Notes: a model not told the origin generated them from the sequence alone. A stretch of 64,000 nucleotides of DNA from an uncultured Aliarcobacter sp. (GCA_963664305.2 CAXXLV010000002.1:864001-928000); one strand, 5' to 3'. Positions 47,736 to 59,211 are shown, numbered from the stretch's first letter. A program made the numbers and translations.

Positions 47736-50066
47736 TTAAATAATAATCATTTCATTATCATAAGAGTCAATATTTGGCTCTTTTTTACTTAATAAGTCAT
47801 TTATAACTGATTCTCTAATTGTTATTTCTAGTTTTTTACAAGCACTTTTAAAAGCTTCTTCTTCTCCAACAATAAAACACATTTTTTTTGCTCGTGTAAT
47901 TGCTGTATATAAAAGTTTTGTATTATGCATAATATAATGGGAAAAACTCATAGGAATTAAAGCATTATCATATTCCATTCCTTGAGTTTTATGAATAGTT
48001 AAACAATAAGCTAAAGATAATAAACTATGAACATTCTCAAAGTCATAAAATACGACCATATCATCATTTGGATATAAAACTATACATTTTTCTTCATCGA
48101 AATCAAGTTTTATTATAAGTCCTAATTGACCGTTATAAACTCTTCTTTCTAAAAAATCTGTTGAGCCACTTTTGTACATACTCATAGTTTGAGCTCTCAT
48201 ATTTTCATTTTTTATATGAATTACTTTATCAGTTAACTTATATTCATAAACTTTTGAAACAAAAGATTTTCCTTTTGTATGATTAAAAAGTTTTTGAAGT
48301 TGTATATTTAGATTATCAACTCCTAAGATTCCACCTTTCATTGGTGTAATTACTTGAAAAAGTGTAAGAGCATTTGATATTTTTTTCTTTTTTATAAAAT
48401 CATAATAATCTTGTATATAAGTAGAAGAGATATTTAAAATATTATTTAAAATATATTCACTATTTTCTCCCCTTAAATCAGCAAAATCATTTGAAGAAAC
48501 AGAATTCTTTTTTGAATAATAATTTGAAATAGAAACATCAATGAATTTAAAATCTTCATACTCTTGTTTATAATCTGGTAATTCACCTTTTCTAATATCA
48601 TTTGCAATAACTGCAATTGCTTGATTTTCATTTTGTCTATAAATTTTTGTAAGTTTACAAATTGGAGCTAGTTCATATTTAATTGCATCTGATAAAACAT
48701 TTCCAGCACCAATTGCTGGTAATTGACCATCATCTCCAACAATTATAAAAATCGTGTCATCATCAATTTTTGAAATAATTTGATAAAAAGTAACCGAATT
48801 TACCATCGAAGCTTCATCTAGTAAAATAGCTTTATATGGGAAAAAATCTTTCTCTTTATGTTTTACGAGTAAACTTTGAATAGTTGAAGAGTTATAACCT
48901 GTTGTATCACTTATTCTTTGACTTGCAATTCCTGAAAGTGCAATAGTCATAATATCATCATAACTCATTATTTCTTCAAGAAGTTCAAGTATTGCTCTAC
49001 TTGAAGTTGACTTTCCCGTTCCTGCGTAACCAATCAAAAATAGAGTTTTTTCACCATTATTTATAAGTTCAACTGCTTTTTTTTGTTCTTCACTTAACTC
49101 AAAACCTAAAGTTTGTTGTTTTTTTACTAAATATTCATCAAAAGTAGCAATAATTTTTCTATTTTTTTCATCTTTTCGTCTACTAAAAAAATCTAAAATT
49201 CTTTTTTCAGAATAATAAAGCATTGAAAGAGCTAGTCTATTTTCACTTGTTACAAAAATATTTTCTTCAACTAACATTTTTGAAATAGCTTGTTCATATA
49301 AAAGTTCTTCATTTGAAAATCTTAAACTTTCATCTAAAAGTTTATATAAATGAAATTTATCTATCGAAGAGTTTCCATTGTTATCGCAATATTCTCTTAA
49401 AGTATAATTTAAACAAGCCATTATTCTAAACTCTGATTTTGGGTCGATTCCCAAAGATTTAGCTATTTCATCGGCTCTTTTAAAACCAATTCCTTTTATA
49501 TTTATCAAAATGTATGGATTTTCTTTGATTTTATCTATTAGATTTTCAACTTCGCCTAAACTTGAATATATTTTTGTAATAAGATTTGAAGTAACCCCAA
49601 ACTTTCCTAAAAAAGAACCAAGTTCTCTTAAGTGTTTAAATTTTTGCCAAGAAGTAACTATGGTTTCAAGTTTTTTATCTTTTATTCCTTTAAAATCCAA
49701 AAGTTCATTTGGTCTTTCATTTAAAATTTCAACTAACTCTTCTTCACTATATTTTTCTAAAAGTTCTGAAGCAAATTTTTTCCCTACTCCTTTTACAATT
49801 TTTGTAAGAAAAAAGAATATTTCAGCCTCTTTTAGTTCCAATGTATCAAACTCAAATTGAACGCCATATTTTTTATGAGTTGTCCAATTTCCTTTTAAAA
49901 CAACTTCTTCACCAACTATTTTTTCAATATCTGTATCAAAATATGTTCCACAAACCTTTTGATTATTTTCTAAAACGGCAATTATGTATTTTGTTTCATC
50001 ATTTTTATATAATACTTTTTTTATTATTCCTGATAATTTAAAACTTTTATACTCAACTTCTTCCAT
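47736..50066 (-). CDS. recD2: RecD2-like SF1B helicase
   Basis: HKKYGVQF, GIGFKRAD, GYAGTGKS, DEASM, AYCLTIHKTQGMEY, YTAITRAK. Confidence 0.9.
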   Translation of the reverse strand: MEEVEYKSFKLSGIIKKVLYKNDETKYIIAVLENNQKVCGTYFDTDIEKIVGEEVVLKGNWTTHKKYGVQFEFDTLELKEAEIFFFLTKIVKGVGKKFASELLEKYSEEELVEILNERPNELLDFKGIKDKKLETIVTSWQKFKHLRELGSFLGKFGVTSNLITKIYSSLGEVENLIDKIKENPYILINIKGIGFKRADEIAKSLGIDPKSEFRIMACLNYTLREYCDNNGNSSIDKFHLYKLLDESLRFSNEELLYEQAISKMLVEENIFVTSENRLALSMLYYSEKRILDFFSRRKDEKNRKIIATFDEYLVKKQQTLGFELSEEQKKAVELINNGEKTLFLIGYAGTGKSTSSRAILELLEEIMSYDDIMTIALSGIASQRISDTTGYNSSTIQSLLVKHKEKDFFPYKAILLDEASMVNSVTFYQIISKIDDDTIFIIVGDDGQLPAIGAGNVLSDAIKYELAPICKLTKIYRQNENQAIAVIANDIRKGELPDYKQEYEDFKFIDVSISNYYSKKNSVSSNDFADLRGENSEYILNNILNISSTYIQDYYDFIKKKKISNALTLFQVITPMKGGILGVDNLNIQLQKLFNHTKGKSFVSKVYEYKLTDKVIHIKNENMRAQTMSMYKSGSTDFLERRVYNGQLGLIIKLDFDEEKCIVLYPNDDMVVFYDFENVHSLLSLAYCLTIHKTQGMEYDNALIPMSFSHYIMHNTKLLYTAITRAKKMCFIVGEEEAFKSACKKLEITIRESVINDLLSKKEPNIDSYDNEMIII

Positions 50067-50431
50067 TAATAGCCATCATTAAATGTTTGTTTTTTATGTT
50101 TATCTTTTTTATAGTTACTTTTATTTTTTTCTTTTTGAAGTAAATTTGCATCTTTAAGAAGATTTGCTCTTTCTTCTTCAAAAGATTCTGTATGTGTTTC
50201 AACATAAAACATTGTTTTATTTATGAAATCTTTTAAACCTGAATAATATTCTGAATATAAATCAACTTCTTGCGTTTTCTTCATATCATCATAATTTTTT
50301 TTAGTTCTTTGTTTAAATAAATCTTTATCAAAATTTTCTAATTTTAATAAAGATATTGTTCTTGTAAAAAATTTTTCTAAAACTCTGATATATTTAATTC
50401 TTTGTTGTTTTTCATTTACTTCATATATCAT
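50066..50431 (-). CDS. Hypothetical protein
   Basis: Coupled to neighbours by 1- and 4-bp overlaps. Confidence 0.75.
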   Translation of the reverse strand: MIYEVNEKQQRIKYIRVLEKFFTRTISLLKLENFDKDLFKQRTKKNYDDMKKTQEVDLYSEYYSGLKDFINKTMFYVETHTESFEEERANLLKDANLLQKEKNKSNYKKDKHKKQTFNDGY

Positions 50432-50778
50432 TTAAGTAATTCTTCCAAATTTTCAATAGGTCTAGCAATAACTGCATTTTCACCTTTTATAATAATAGGT
50501 CTTTCAATTAAAATAGGATTTTGAACCATTATTTCAATTAATTTTTCTTCATCATTTTCATTTTTTAGATTTAACTCTTTATAAATATCTTCACCAGTTC
50601 TTAAAAGTTCACTTGCTTTCATATTTAATTTTTTTAGTACATTTTTTAATTGTTCTTTTGAAGGTGATATTTCTAGATATTTTACAACGTCAGCATTTAT
50701 ACCTTTTTCTTCTAAAAGTGTCATTGCATTTCTTGATTTTGAACATTTTGGATTATGCCAGATTTGAATGTTTTGCAT
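50428..50778 (-). CDS. arsC: ArsC-family arsenate reductase (glutaredoxin type)
   Basis: HNPKCSKSR and LIERPI. Confidence 0.88.
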   Translation of the reverse strand: MQNIQIWHNPKCSKSRNAMTLLEEKGINADVVKYLEISPSKEQLKNVLKKLNMKASELLRTGEDIYKELNLKNENDEEKLIEIMVQNPILIERPIIIKGENAVIARPIENLEELLK

Positions 50779-50866
50779 ATTTTAAACCTCTTACTATAGT
50801 TGTGTTTATTATATCCAAAACTTTTTTTACAGAAGATAAATATTACATTTTGTAATATTGTATAGT

Positions 50867-51754
50867 CTAAAATGTTCCACCTAGAGTAAGAGTTGGACCT
50901 TTATATTGGAATTTTACACCATCAATTTCAATAGTTTTATTTTTATACCCTGCACTAACTATTAAATTATCTCCAAATAGCTTATATCCTAAATTAAGAT
51001 AATACTCATATGAATAATCTATATTATTGTTTTTACCATAAGAAGCTCCATATTCTGCTTGAAGATTATTCTCTTCATTTTTTAAATGTACTTCTAAAGA
51101 AGGAAACTCTTCCTTATCTTCTCCATAAAAGTTCAAATCATATTGATTAAAAATAAAGTTACCTTTTAATGTATAAACATTGTATCCTAAACCCATATTA
51201 ACATTTTGATATTTGTACAAATAACTTAATTTATCCCACGAACTATCTGTCGATAAATCTCCACCACCAATTAAAACTCCTTCAAAATATGCTTTTGAAT
51301 TCATTGTTTCCGCTTTTAATATATGATTTTTATATGAAATAGATAATTCAGGAATTAATGTTCCTCTTTCTTCTACAACACTAACTTTACCTGTCATAAA
51401 AACATCTGTTTTCAAAAAAGAATATGTTAATTTTGGGGTTATTGAAAAATCTTCACTAAAACTATTTTGACTTATTTTTCTTTCATCTTTTAAAATATTA
51501 TCTTTTTTATATTCTTTAACAAATTCATTATTTATTGGTTTTGATAGTTCTTGTTTTTCTTCTTTAATTTCATTACTTAAAATCTTTACATCTTTAACTT
51601 TTTTATAACTATCTTCATCTATTTTTTCTACACTTTTTTTATTTATAAAGTTGTATTCTTCTTTTTGTTTATCTGATAAATTACTTAATGGAACATAATC
51701 ATCACTAAATAAACTTAAAACTAAACTTGATAATACTATTATTATTTTCTTCAC
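50867..51754 (-). CDS. Hypothetical exported, probably outer-membrane beta-barrel protein
   Basis: Signal peptide, alternating aromatic beta strands, C-terminal Phe. Confidence 0.65.
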   Translation of the reverse strand: MKKIIIVLSSLVLSLFSDDYVPLSNLSDKQKEEYNFINKKSVEKIDEDSYKKVKDVKILSNEIKEEKQELSKPINNEFVKEYKKDNILKDERKISQNSFSEDFSITPKLTYSFLKTDVFMTGKVSVVEERGTLIPELSISYKNHILKAETMNSKAYFEGVLIGGGDLSTDSSWDKLSYLYKYQNVNMGLGYNVYTLKGNFIFNQYDLNFYGEDKEEFPSLEVHLKNEENNLQAEYGASYGKNNNIDYSYEYYLNLGYKLFGDNLIVSAGYKNKTIEIDGVKFQYKGPTLTLGGTF

Positions 51755-51814
51755 TAAAATTCCCTATTTATAATTAAAAAAGGCAATTTAGCGAACTTTT
51801 GATTAAAAAATGTT

Positions 51815-53470
51815 TTAATTTATTATCTTATTATAATTATTTTTCAAAAACTCAGCAACTCTAAACGAATTTGCATAAATTGTAAATGTATAAGGAACAC
51901 TTCCACCAGTTGGCATAAAACTTCCATCTGTTACAAATAGATTTGAAACTTCATGGGCTTGGCAATTTTTATTTAAAACTGAAGTTTTTGGATTATCTCC
52001 AAATCTACAACCACCAGCTTGTAAATTTGAAGATGGAAGTGCTGATATATCAGAAACTATATTTTTACCACCCATTTTTTCAAAAACTTTAACTGCTTTT
52101 TCTTTTATAAAATTAGCAATTTCTAAATCTCTTTCATGAGCGCCTATTCTTATGTTTGCAACAGGAATGCCATATTTATCTTTATATTTTTCATCAACAC
52201 TAATAAAAGCATTATCATTTGGAGTCCAATCAAGAAAAATTTCCATGTTTAAGGTTCTTGTTTTAGTAAAAGTTTCAAATATTGTATTCTGCAACTCTTC
52301 CCCTATTCTTAAATCTCCATTTTCTTTCCATCGTAAACTTGAAGCTCTTCGTATAGGATTTTGATGTTCAAATAATAAATCTATAACTCCACCTTTAAAC
52401 TCTTTTGTATAATACCAATCCATAATTGACCTATTTACAAAAAGTCCAGAAGCATGTAAATCTTTTAAAGGAAGATGTGTTTCATCAAAAGTAGCACTAA
52501 TTATTCCACCACTACTTGAAAGAAAGTTTTTACCTACATTTCCACTATTATTGGCTACTCCATTTGGAAAGTTTTCATCTTTTGAATTAAGTAGCAATCT
52601 TGAAGTTTCAACAGCTTGAGCTGCTATTACAAAAAGTTTTGCTTCAAGCTCTTTTTTTGTTCCATTTTTTGTTAAATAAGTAGCACTTTTTATCTTTTTA
52701 TCTTTTGTTGTATTTAACTTTATAACAAAAGCATTTGCAATTATTTCAACATTATTTGTAAGAAGTGCATCTTTTATCAAACTAGCCCTTGAACTACCTT
52801 TTGCACCACTTGAACATGGATATGAACCACAATAATTTGAGTAATAACAAGGATTTCTAAAATCTTTTTGTTTTGAAATAATTGCTCTTGGAGTTTTTAT
52901 AGAAGTATAATCCAAATCAGAACAAGCTTTATCTATCAAATCAACTATTTTATTTTCATTTAGTGGTGGATATATGAAGTCTTTTGTACTTCTTGGTTCT
53001 AAAAAAGCATATTCTTGAACTTTTCCAGAAACTCCAACAAGCTCTTCAACCTTTGTATAATATGGCTCTAATTCATCATAATTAATAGGCCAATCTACGA
53101 TATTAGAATTTTTTGGAACTCCATAAATTGAAGCTAATTTAAAATCATTTGGTTTAAGTCTATGAAAATATCCACTCATAAAATTTGAAGAACCTCCAAG
53201 AAGTGAGCCATTCCAAAAACTCCAACCACTTTCATAAGTTGGAAACTTAGTCCAAGAACCATCAATAAACTCTTCAACAGTATGATATTCTTCTTTTAAA
53301 TTTGGTGTATAAATATCACGGCGTACTACAATTTCATCTTTTGAAAAATCTTTTTCATTGTAAATATCACCTTTTTCTAAAACACAAACTTTTAAACCTA
53401 CTTTACTTAATTCATAGATTATGGGACCAGCGCCTGCTCCACTTCCAACTACGCAAACATCATATATCAT
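51815..53470 (-). CDS. GMC-family FAD oxidoreductase
   Basis: DVCVVGSGAGAG, CYYSNYC...C, AVETSRLLL, NLFVTDGSFMPT. Confidence 0.92.
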   Translation of the reverse strand: MIYDVCVVGSGAGAGPIIYELSKVGLKVCVLEKGDIYNEKDFSKDEIVVRRDIYTPNLKEEYHTVEEFIDGSWTKFPTYESGWSFWNGSLLGGSSNFMSGYFHRLKPNDFKLASIYGVPKNSNIVDWPINYDELEPYYTKVEELVGVSGKVQEYAFLEPRSTKDFIYPPLNENKIVDLIDKACSDLDYTSIKTPRAIISKQKDFRNPCYYSNYCGSYPCSSGAKGSSRASLIKDALLTNNVEIIANAFVIKLNTTKDKKIKSATYLTKNGTKKELEAKLFVIAAQAVETSRLLLNSKDENFPNGVANNSGNVGKNFLSSSGGIISATFDETHLPLKDLHASGLFVNRSIMDWYYTKEFKGGVIDLLFEHQNPIRRASSLRWKENGDLRIGEELQNTIFETFTKTRTLNMEIFLDWTPNDNAFISVDEKYKDKYGIPVANIRIGAHERDLEIANFIKEKAVKVFEKMGGKNIVSDISALPSSNLQAGGCRFGDNPKTSVLNKNCQAHEVSNLFVTDGSFMPTGGSVPYTFTIYANSFRVAEFLKNNYNKIIN

Positions 53471-53961
53471 ATTTTTTGTCCGTAAGTTTTTAAAGGTCTT
53501 GGATAGCCAATATTATGTTTTACACTATTCCAGCCAATTTGTTCAAAATTTCCACCATAAATTGGGTCACTAAACATAGCTTCAACACCATAATATGTAA
53601 GTTTTGAAATCCATGATTTTGCATACGAGCTATTTTTTATTATTCTAAAAATCAACTCTTTTTTTTCATCTTCTTTTAAAGTTAAAAACTCTGGAAAACT
53701 CTCACTAAAATCTTTTGTTCCATCGACAATCAAAATCTTGTCATCATCATTAAAAGTTTTATGTGAAATATTTTGAACTAAATAATTTAAAGCTTTAAAC
53801 TCTTTTGCACTTGACATTGTTGAAGTTTTTGGGAAAATAATATTAAAAATTTCATCTAAGATTATTAAATTTTCTTTTGAAATAGTTCTTGCAACTACAA
53901 CATTTGATGAGAATAAAAGCGCTAAAGTAACACTAAATTTTATAAAGTTTCTTCTTTTCAT
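53467..53961 (-). CDS. Gluconate 2-dehydrogenase subunit-3-like Tat-exported partner
   Basis: MKRRNFIK twin-arginine signal, FSDPIYGGN. Confidence 0.88.
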   Translation of the reverse strand: MKRRNFIKFSVTLALLFSSNVVVARTISKENLIILDEIFNIIFPKTSTMSSAKEFKALNYLVQNISHKTFNDDDKILIVDGTKDFSESFPEFLTLKEDEKKELIFRIIKNSSYAKSWISKLTYYGVEAMFSDPIYGGNFEQIGWNSVKHNIGYPRPLKTYGQKI

Positions 53962-54018
53962 AAAAAAAGTATAACTAAAAAAATGTGTAGATAATATGTA
54001 GATATGTTATACTTTTGT

Positions 54019-55713
54019 ATGATAGTTTCAAATAACACTTTATTAAATATACTTTTACCAAATGATAATAAGGTTTTAAAAGATGTTCTAAAAGAGGCTG
54101 ATACAAAAAGCTTGGAACAGATGATTAAAAACAATTCAACATCAGTAAATGATGTATTGAAAGAATTATTTGACAATATAAAAAATGGAACGAAATCAAA
54201 CACAACTATTGAAAATATTTTAAAAAACTCAAATATTTTTAAAGATTTAGGTAATGTTTCAAACAACTTATCAAATTTACTTGAAAATATTTCAGGAGAT
54301 GAAAACTTACAAAAATTCAAACCTTTAATTGAAAATTTTCTAAAAAATATAAAAGATATGGATGCAAACACTTTAAAAGAACAGTTGAAAAATTCAGGTG
54401 TTTTTTTAGAAGCTAAACTTTCTTTAAATACAAATAATAAAGTTGAAAATATATTAACTCAAATCCAAAATTTAGTAAAAGATTTAAATACTCCTCAAGC
54501 AAAACAAGTAAATGAACTTTTAAATAAACTTTTACAAACACCAATAACAACTCAAAATACAACAAATAACCAAGAGTTTACAAATAATCTAAAATCTTTA
54601 ACAACTGCTTTACAAAATTTAAATAATTCTTTAACACCAAATCAAACACAAAATTTGTCAAATCTTACAACTCAGTTAAAAGATTTTATAAATAGTGGTA
54701 GTTTAGTTGAATCAAAAATAGAAAATACAACATTAAACACAAATCAAACTACTACAACAACACAAAATAATACAACTTCTCAAAATATACCTTTAAAAGA
54801 GACAACAGCTCCTTTGCAAAATCTACAACTAAGAGATAATATAAATGTGCAAACAAAAGAGTTATTAGTTCAAATAAAAAATGAAATAATTCAAAATCCA
54901 GTTTTACAAAATAAAAATCTTTTACCAATGATTGATAATCTTTTAAAAATGGATAATCTATTTTTAAAAGCTGAAAATGTACAAAATATTCTTTCATCAA
55001 ATAATTTAACTACTTTTTCAAATAACTTTGCATCAAACTTAACTCCTCTTTTGAATAATTTAAAAGAAAACTTAGAAAATCTAAATCCACATAATTCAAA
55101 TATTCAAAATCATCTGACAAAGTTGGTTGATAAGGTTGAACATCTAATTCAAGATATGATAAATAATCCAAAAAGTGAAACAAAAGTAAGTGATGATATG
55201 AAATCTGTTTTATTACAAATGCAAGATGAATTAGCTTCTAAAACTGACCCAAAATCACAAGACTTAGCAAAACAGGTGGATAAATTATTAACTCAAATTG
55301 AGTATCAACAACTAACTTCTTTAACATCTAATTCAAACTATGTTTATCTTCCATTCTTTTGGGAAATGTTAGAAGATGGAAATATAAGTATGAAAAAAAC
55401 AGAAGAAGAAAAGTTTTTCTGTCAAATAAATCTAACTTTGAAAGATTTTGGTAAAGTTGATTTAATGCTTGCTTTATATGATAAAAATAAACTTGATTTG
55501 ACAGTTTATGCACAAAGAGAGCATTTCAAAGTTGCAATTAGAGATAACATGCAAAAACTAAAAATTGCACTTAATGGTGTAGATTTAATTCCTGTAAATA
55601 TTAAACTTCTTGATATGAAAGAGGATAATAAAGAAGAAAATAAACCAACACAAGTTTATATGAACAATGCCTATAATCAGAATATTAGTTCAGGTATCGA
55701 TATAAGAGTATAA
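54019..55713 (+). CDS. Flagellar hook-length control protein FliK-like
   Basis: N/Q/T-rich, SGVFLEAKL, C-terminal LTLKDFGKVD; upstream of FlhB-C-like gene; start set to ATG 54019 (ORF track 54004). Confidence 0.75.
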   Translation: MIVSNNTLLNILLPNDNKVLKDVLKEADTKSLEQMIKNNSTSVNDVLKELFDNIKNGTKSNTTIENILKNSNIFKDLGNVSNNLSNLLENISGDENLQKFKPLIENFLKNIKDMDANTLKEQLKNSGVFLEAKLSLNTNNKVENILTQIQNLVKDLNTPQAKQVNELLNKLLQTPITTQNTTNNQEFTNNLKSLTTALQNLNNSLTPNQTQNLSNLTTQLKDFINSGSLVESKIENTTLNTNQTTTTTQNNTTSQNIPLKETTAPLQNLQLRDNINVQTKELLVQIKNEIIQNPVLQNKNLLPMIDNLLKMDNLFLKAENVQNILSSNNLTTFSNNFASNLTPLLNNLKENLENLNPHNSNIQNHLTKLVDKVEHLIQDMINNPKSETKVSDDMKSVLLQMQDELASKTDPKSQDLAKQVDKLLTQIEYQQLTSLTSNSNYVYLPFFWEMLEDGNISMKKTEEEKFFCQINLTLKDFGKVDLMLALYDKNKLDLTVYAQREHFKVAIRDNMQKLKIALNGVDLIPVNIKLLDMKEDNKEENKPTQVYMNNAYNQNISSGIDIRV

Positions 55714-55714
55714 A

Positions 55715-56038
55715 ATGCAAGAAAATATAAATAAAAATTTAACTCAAAAAGCTGTTGCACTTAAATATGATATAGAAAAAGATAATGCTCCAAAAGTAAC
55801 TGCAAAAGGAAAAGGTGAAACAGCATCAAATATCATAAAAATTGCAAAAGAAAATAATATACCAATAAAAAAAGATGAAGATTTGATTGAACTTTTATCT
55901 CAAATTGATATTGATAAAGAGATTCCAAGTTCAATGTATAGAGCTGTTGCTGAGATATTTTCTTTCATTTATGATTTATCAAATAACAAAAATGATATTG
56001 ATGAAAAACTAAAAGATAAAACGCAAAATAAACTTTGA
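55715..56038 (+). CDS. FlhB C-terminal-domain-like (EscU/YscU/HrcU family) protein
   Basis: KAVALKY...APKVTAKGKG...EIP..MY.AVAEI. Confidence 0.9.
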   Translation: MQENINKNLTQKAVALKYDIEKDNAPKVTAKGKGETASNIIKIAKENNIPIKKDEDLIELLSQIDIDKEIPSSMYRAVAEIFSFIYDLSNNKNDIDEKLKDKTQNKL

Positions 56039-56099
56039 GATTTGTATAAGAGTTTTTATAATATAATCCTGACTCAATCAAAACTAAAGCACAAATTAT

Positions 56100-56540
56100 A
56101 TGACAAGAAACAATTTAGATAATCCACTTTTTTTATTTATTGTATTAGTTATTGCAATTACTATGAATACAATTGCTTCTATACACTTTTTATTAATTAT
56201 GCTTGCTGGTGTTATATTTACCGCCTTTTATAGGTCTTTACGAAAAAGATATTTATATTCACTTGCTTTAGTTATTTTGGCTTTTTTATTTATTGAAGTT
56301 AATAGTGGTTTAAAACCTTTTTCATTAAGCCTTTTGTCACTATTTATATATATTTTTATTCTTCCAAAAGTTGATAATTCAACTTCATTTAATCTAATAA
56401 ACAGCTACATATATATTATATTTTTTTATATAGGTTTGACGATTATGTGGGCTTTATCATTTGGAATGGATGAAAGAATATTTTTATCTTTAGTTGTAAA
56501 TTTAATAATAGATTTAATATTTTTTGGAGTATTTCTTTGA
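56100..56540 (+). CDS. Membrane protein, probable MreD-like
   Basis: Highly hydrophobic, overlaps mrdA start. Confidence 0.55.
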   Translation: MTRNNLDNPLFLFIVLVIAITMNTIASIHFLLIMLAGVIFTAFYRSLRKRYLYSLALVILAFLFIEVNSGLKPFSLSLLSLFIYIFILPKVDNSTSFNLINSYIYIIFFYIGLTIMWALSFGMDERIFLSLVVNLIIDLIFFGVFL

Positions 56541-58339
56541 ACATAAGATTGAATATTGTTTTTTTAATTATTTTAGGTATAGGAATTACTCTACTTTCAA
56601 GAGTATATTTTTTAAGTATAAAATCAAATACTTATTATGAAGAATTATCGAAAAATAATTATATTAGTAGAGTAAACAAAATTCCTATTCGTGGAGTTAT
56701 TGAAGATAGGAATGGTGAAAAACTTGCCATCAATGAAATGGGTTTTTCTGTTTTAGTAAGACCTCATTTAAGTTCTTATAAAAATAAAGAACATTTAGAA
56801 AAAATCATTGATACAATAGTAAAATATCTTCCTGAATATGAAAAAGATAAATTAATCAAAGAATACAAAAAAAATGATTCATCTTATAATCATAATTATA
56901 TTGAAGTTATTGATTATATTCCTTATGATGAATTTTTTCCAAAATATACAATCTTAGCGTCACAAGATGACATAAAAATTGAATCTTCATCAAAAAGAGC
57001 TTATCCTCAAAAAGAAGTTGCATCACATATTATTGGATATGTAGGGAAAGCTTCAAAACTTGATATTTTAAATAATGAATTATCTACTTACAATGGTATC
57101 ATTGGAAAAAATGGTTTAGAAAAAGTTTATAACTCAAAACTGCAAGGTGAAATGGGTTTTAAAGATGTAAAAGTTAATGCCTTAAATAAAGAGATAGAAG
57201 TTCTTTACGAAAAAGAAGCTTCAATTGATAATAATATTCGAATTTCTCTTGATGTAAAACTACAAAAATATATTCAAGAAATATTCACAGGAAAAAGTGG
57301 TGCTGTAATTGTTATGGATGCTAGAAATGGAGAGATGTTAGCAGCAGCATCTTTCCCTGAGTTCGATAATAACATCTTTGCAAGAGGTATTTCTGTAAAA
57401 GAGTGGAATGAAATGAGAAATGATTTTAATCATCCTTTTACAAATAAAATCATAAATGGTTTATATCCTCCTGGTTCTGTTATAAAAATGGGAGTTGGAT
57501 TATCATTTTTAGAAAATGGTATTGGTGAAAACTATACGGTTAATTGTAGTGGTTCACTACCTATTGGAAATAGAAATTTTAGATGTTGGAAATCAACTGG
57601 ACATGGAAGTGTAAATTTTAGAAAAGCAATTGCCGAAAGTTGTGATGACTTCTTTTACAAAGGAAGTTTAAAAATGGGAATAAATAAAATTTCTCACACT
57701 TTAGACAAATTAGGATTTGGACAATTAACTGGAATTGATCAAATAAATGAGTTTGTAGGAGTAAATCCAAATAAAGAGTGGAAAGAAAAAAGATTTAATC
57801 AACCTTGGTATGTTGGAGAAACTGTTATTACATCAATTGGTCAAGGAAATATGCTTGTAACACCATTACAAGTAGCAAGATATACAGCATATATAGCAAC
57901 AGGAAAACTTCCAAAACCACACTTTTTTAAAGCAAATTATGAAGAACCAAAAGAACTTGATATTCCAACTAGATATTTAGATATTATGAGAAAAGGTATG
58001 TATGATGTTTCTTATGCTACAAAAGGAACTGCAAGTAGACATATAAATTCAAAAATTGCAATTGCCTCTAAAACAGGAACTGCACAAGTTGTATCTATTC
58101 CCCAATCTGAAAAAGTTAGGATGAAAGAGAGTGAACTAAAATATTTCCAAAGATCTCATGCTTGGATTACAACTTATGGACCTTTTGAAAATCCACAATA
58201 TGTTGTTACTTTAATTGAAGAGCATGGAGGACATGGAGGAGAAGCTGGAGGAGATATCGCTAGTAAAATCTATGATAAATTATATGATTTAGGATATATA
58301 ACTCTTCCTAACCAAAATCAAACACAAACTCAAAAATGA
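56537..58339 (+). CDS. mrdA: Penicillin-binding protein 2
   Basis: RGVIEDRNG, PPGSVIK (SxxK), SCD, KTGTAQ. Confidence 0.95.
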   Translation: MNIRLNIVFLIILGIGITLLSRVYFLSIKSNTYYEELSKNNYISRVNKIPIRGVIEDRNGEKLAINEMGFSVLVRPHLSSYKNKEHLEKIIDTIVKYLPEYEKDKLIKEYKKNDSSYNHNYIEVIDYIPYDEFFPKYTILASQDDIKIESSSKRAYPQKEVASHIIGYVGKASKLDILNNELSTYNGIIGKNGLEKVYNSKLQGEMGFKDVKVNALNKEIEVLYEKEASIDNNIRISLDVKLQKYIQEIFTGKSGAVIVMDARNGEMLAAASFPEFDNNIFARGISVKEWNEMRNDFNHPFTNKIINGLYPPGSVIKMGVGLSFLENGIGENYTVNCSGSLPIGNRNFRCWKSTGHGSVNFRKAIAESCDDFFYKGSLKMGINKISHTLDKLGFGQLTGIDQINEFVGVNPNKEWKEKRFNQPWYVGETVITSIGQGNMLVTPLQVARYTAYIATGKLPKPHFFKANYEEPKELDIPTRYLDIMRKGMYDVSYATKGTASRHINSKIAIASKTGTAQVVSIPQSEKVRMKESELKYFQRSHAWITTYGPFENPQYVVTLIEEHGGHGGEAGGDIASKIYDKLYDLGYITLPNQNQTQTQK

Positions 58340-58394
58340 TAACATTAAAGCTTTTTTTGATAATATTGGCTTCATTTTTTAAATAGGATTTTTT

Positions 58395-59123
58395 TTGAAA
58401 ATTATTATTTCGTTTTTGCTTTTTTCTATTTTCGCTTTTGCAGAAGATACAGCACCTATTGTAAATCTTTCTGTTGCAGCATTAAATGAACCAGCGCAAT
58501 TTGTTAAAACTATAAATATCGCTATTATTTTGACTTTAATGGTGCTTGCACCAACACTAATACTTATGGTTACATCTTTTACAAGAATTGTAATTGTATT
58601 TTCCCTTTTAAAACAAGCTATGGGTTTACAACAAACTCCGCCTTCTCAAGTTATAATTTCATTATCATTAATTTTAACAATTTTTATTATGGAACCTTAT
58701 GCAAAACAAGCTTGGAAAGACGGTGTTGTTCCATATATGGATGAAAAAATTGGATATGAAGAGGCTTTTGAAAAAGGGGTAAAACCTTTTAAAGAGTTTA
58801 TGATAAAAAATACTAGAGAAGCTGATTTAGCACTATTTTATAGAATAAAAAAAGAGCCAAATCCAAAAAGTATAGATGATGTACCATTAACTCTTTTAAT
58901 GCCTGCATTTATCGTAAGTGAATTAAGAACTGCATTTGAAATTGGATTTTTAATATTTTTACCTTTTTTAGTTATTGATATTATTGTTGCTTCAATTTTA
59001 ATGAGTTTAGGTATGATGATGTTACCACCTGTTATGATTTCCCTCCCAATAAAGATTATCTTTTTTATAGTAATTGATGGATGGCAATTAATAATTGGAA
59101 ATTTGGCACAATCCTTTAAATGA
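58395..59123 (+). CDS. fliP: Flagellar export protein FliP
   Basis: TSFTRI, QQTPP, PAFIVSELRTAF, GMMMLPP, DGW. Confidence 0.97.
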   Translation: MKIIISFLLFSIFAFAEDTAPIVNLSVAALNEPAQFVKTINIAIILTLMVLAPTLILMVTSFTRIVIVFSLLKQAMGLQQTPPSQVIISLSLILTIFIMEPYAKQAWKDGVVPYMDEKIGYEEAFEKGVKPFKEFMIKNTREADLALFYRIKKEPNPKSIDDVPLTLLMPAFIVSELRTAFEIGFLIFLPFLVIDIIVASILMSLGMMMLPPVMISLPIKIIFFIVIDGWQLIIGNLAQSFK

Positions 59124-59211
59124 CGAAATTCTCTTACTTGACAAAATATCTCTTTATAATCAATCACATTTTATGTATCATTAGATATAAATAAATAAAA
59201 GATTTAATTAA

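Noticed and set aside
20629..59167. Remaining short ORFs opposite or overlapping longer genes (20629, 27781, 29924, 32533, 33826, 36657, 37661, 38282, 39215, 43242, 44224, 49510, 49841, 50613, 52152, 53302, 53958, 54752, 55328, 58838)
   Set aside because: Shadow ORFs on the opposite strand of well-supported genes, with no recognisable motifs
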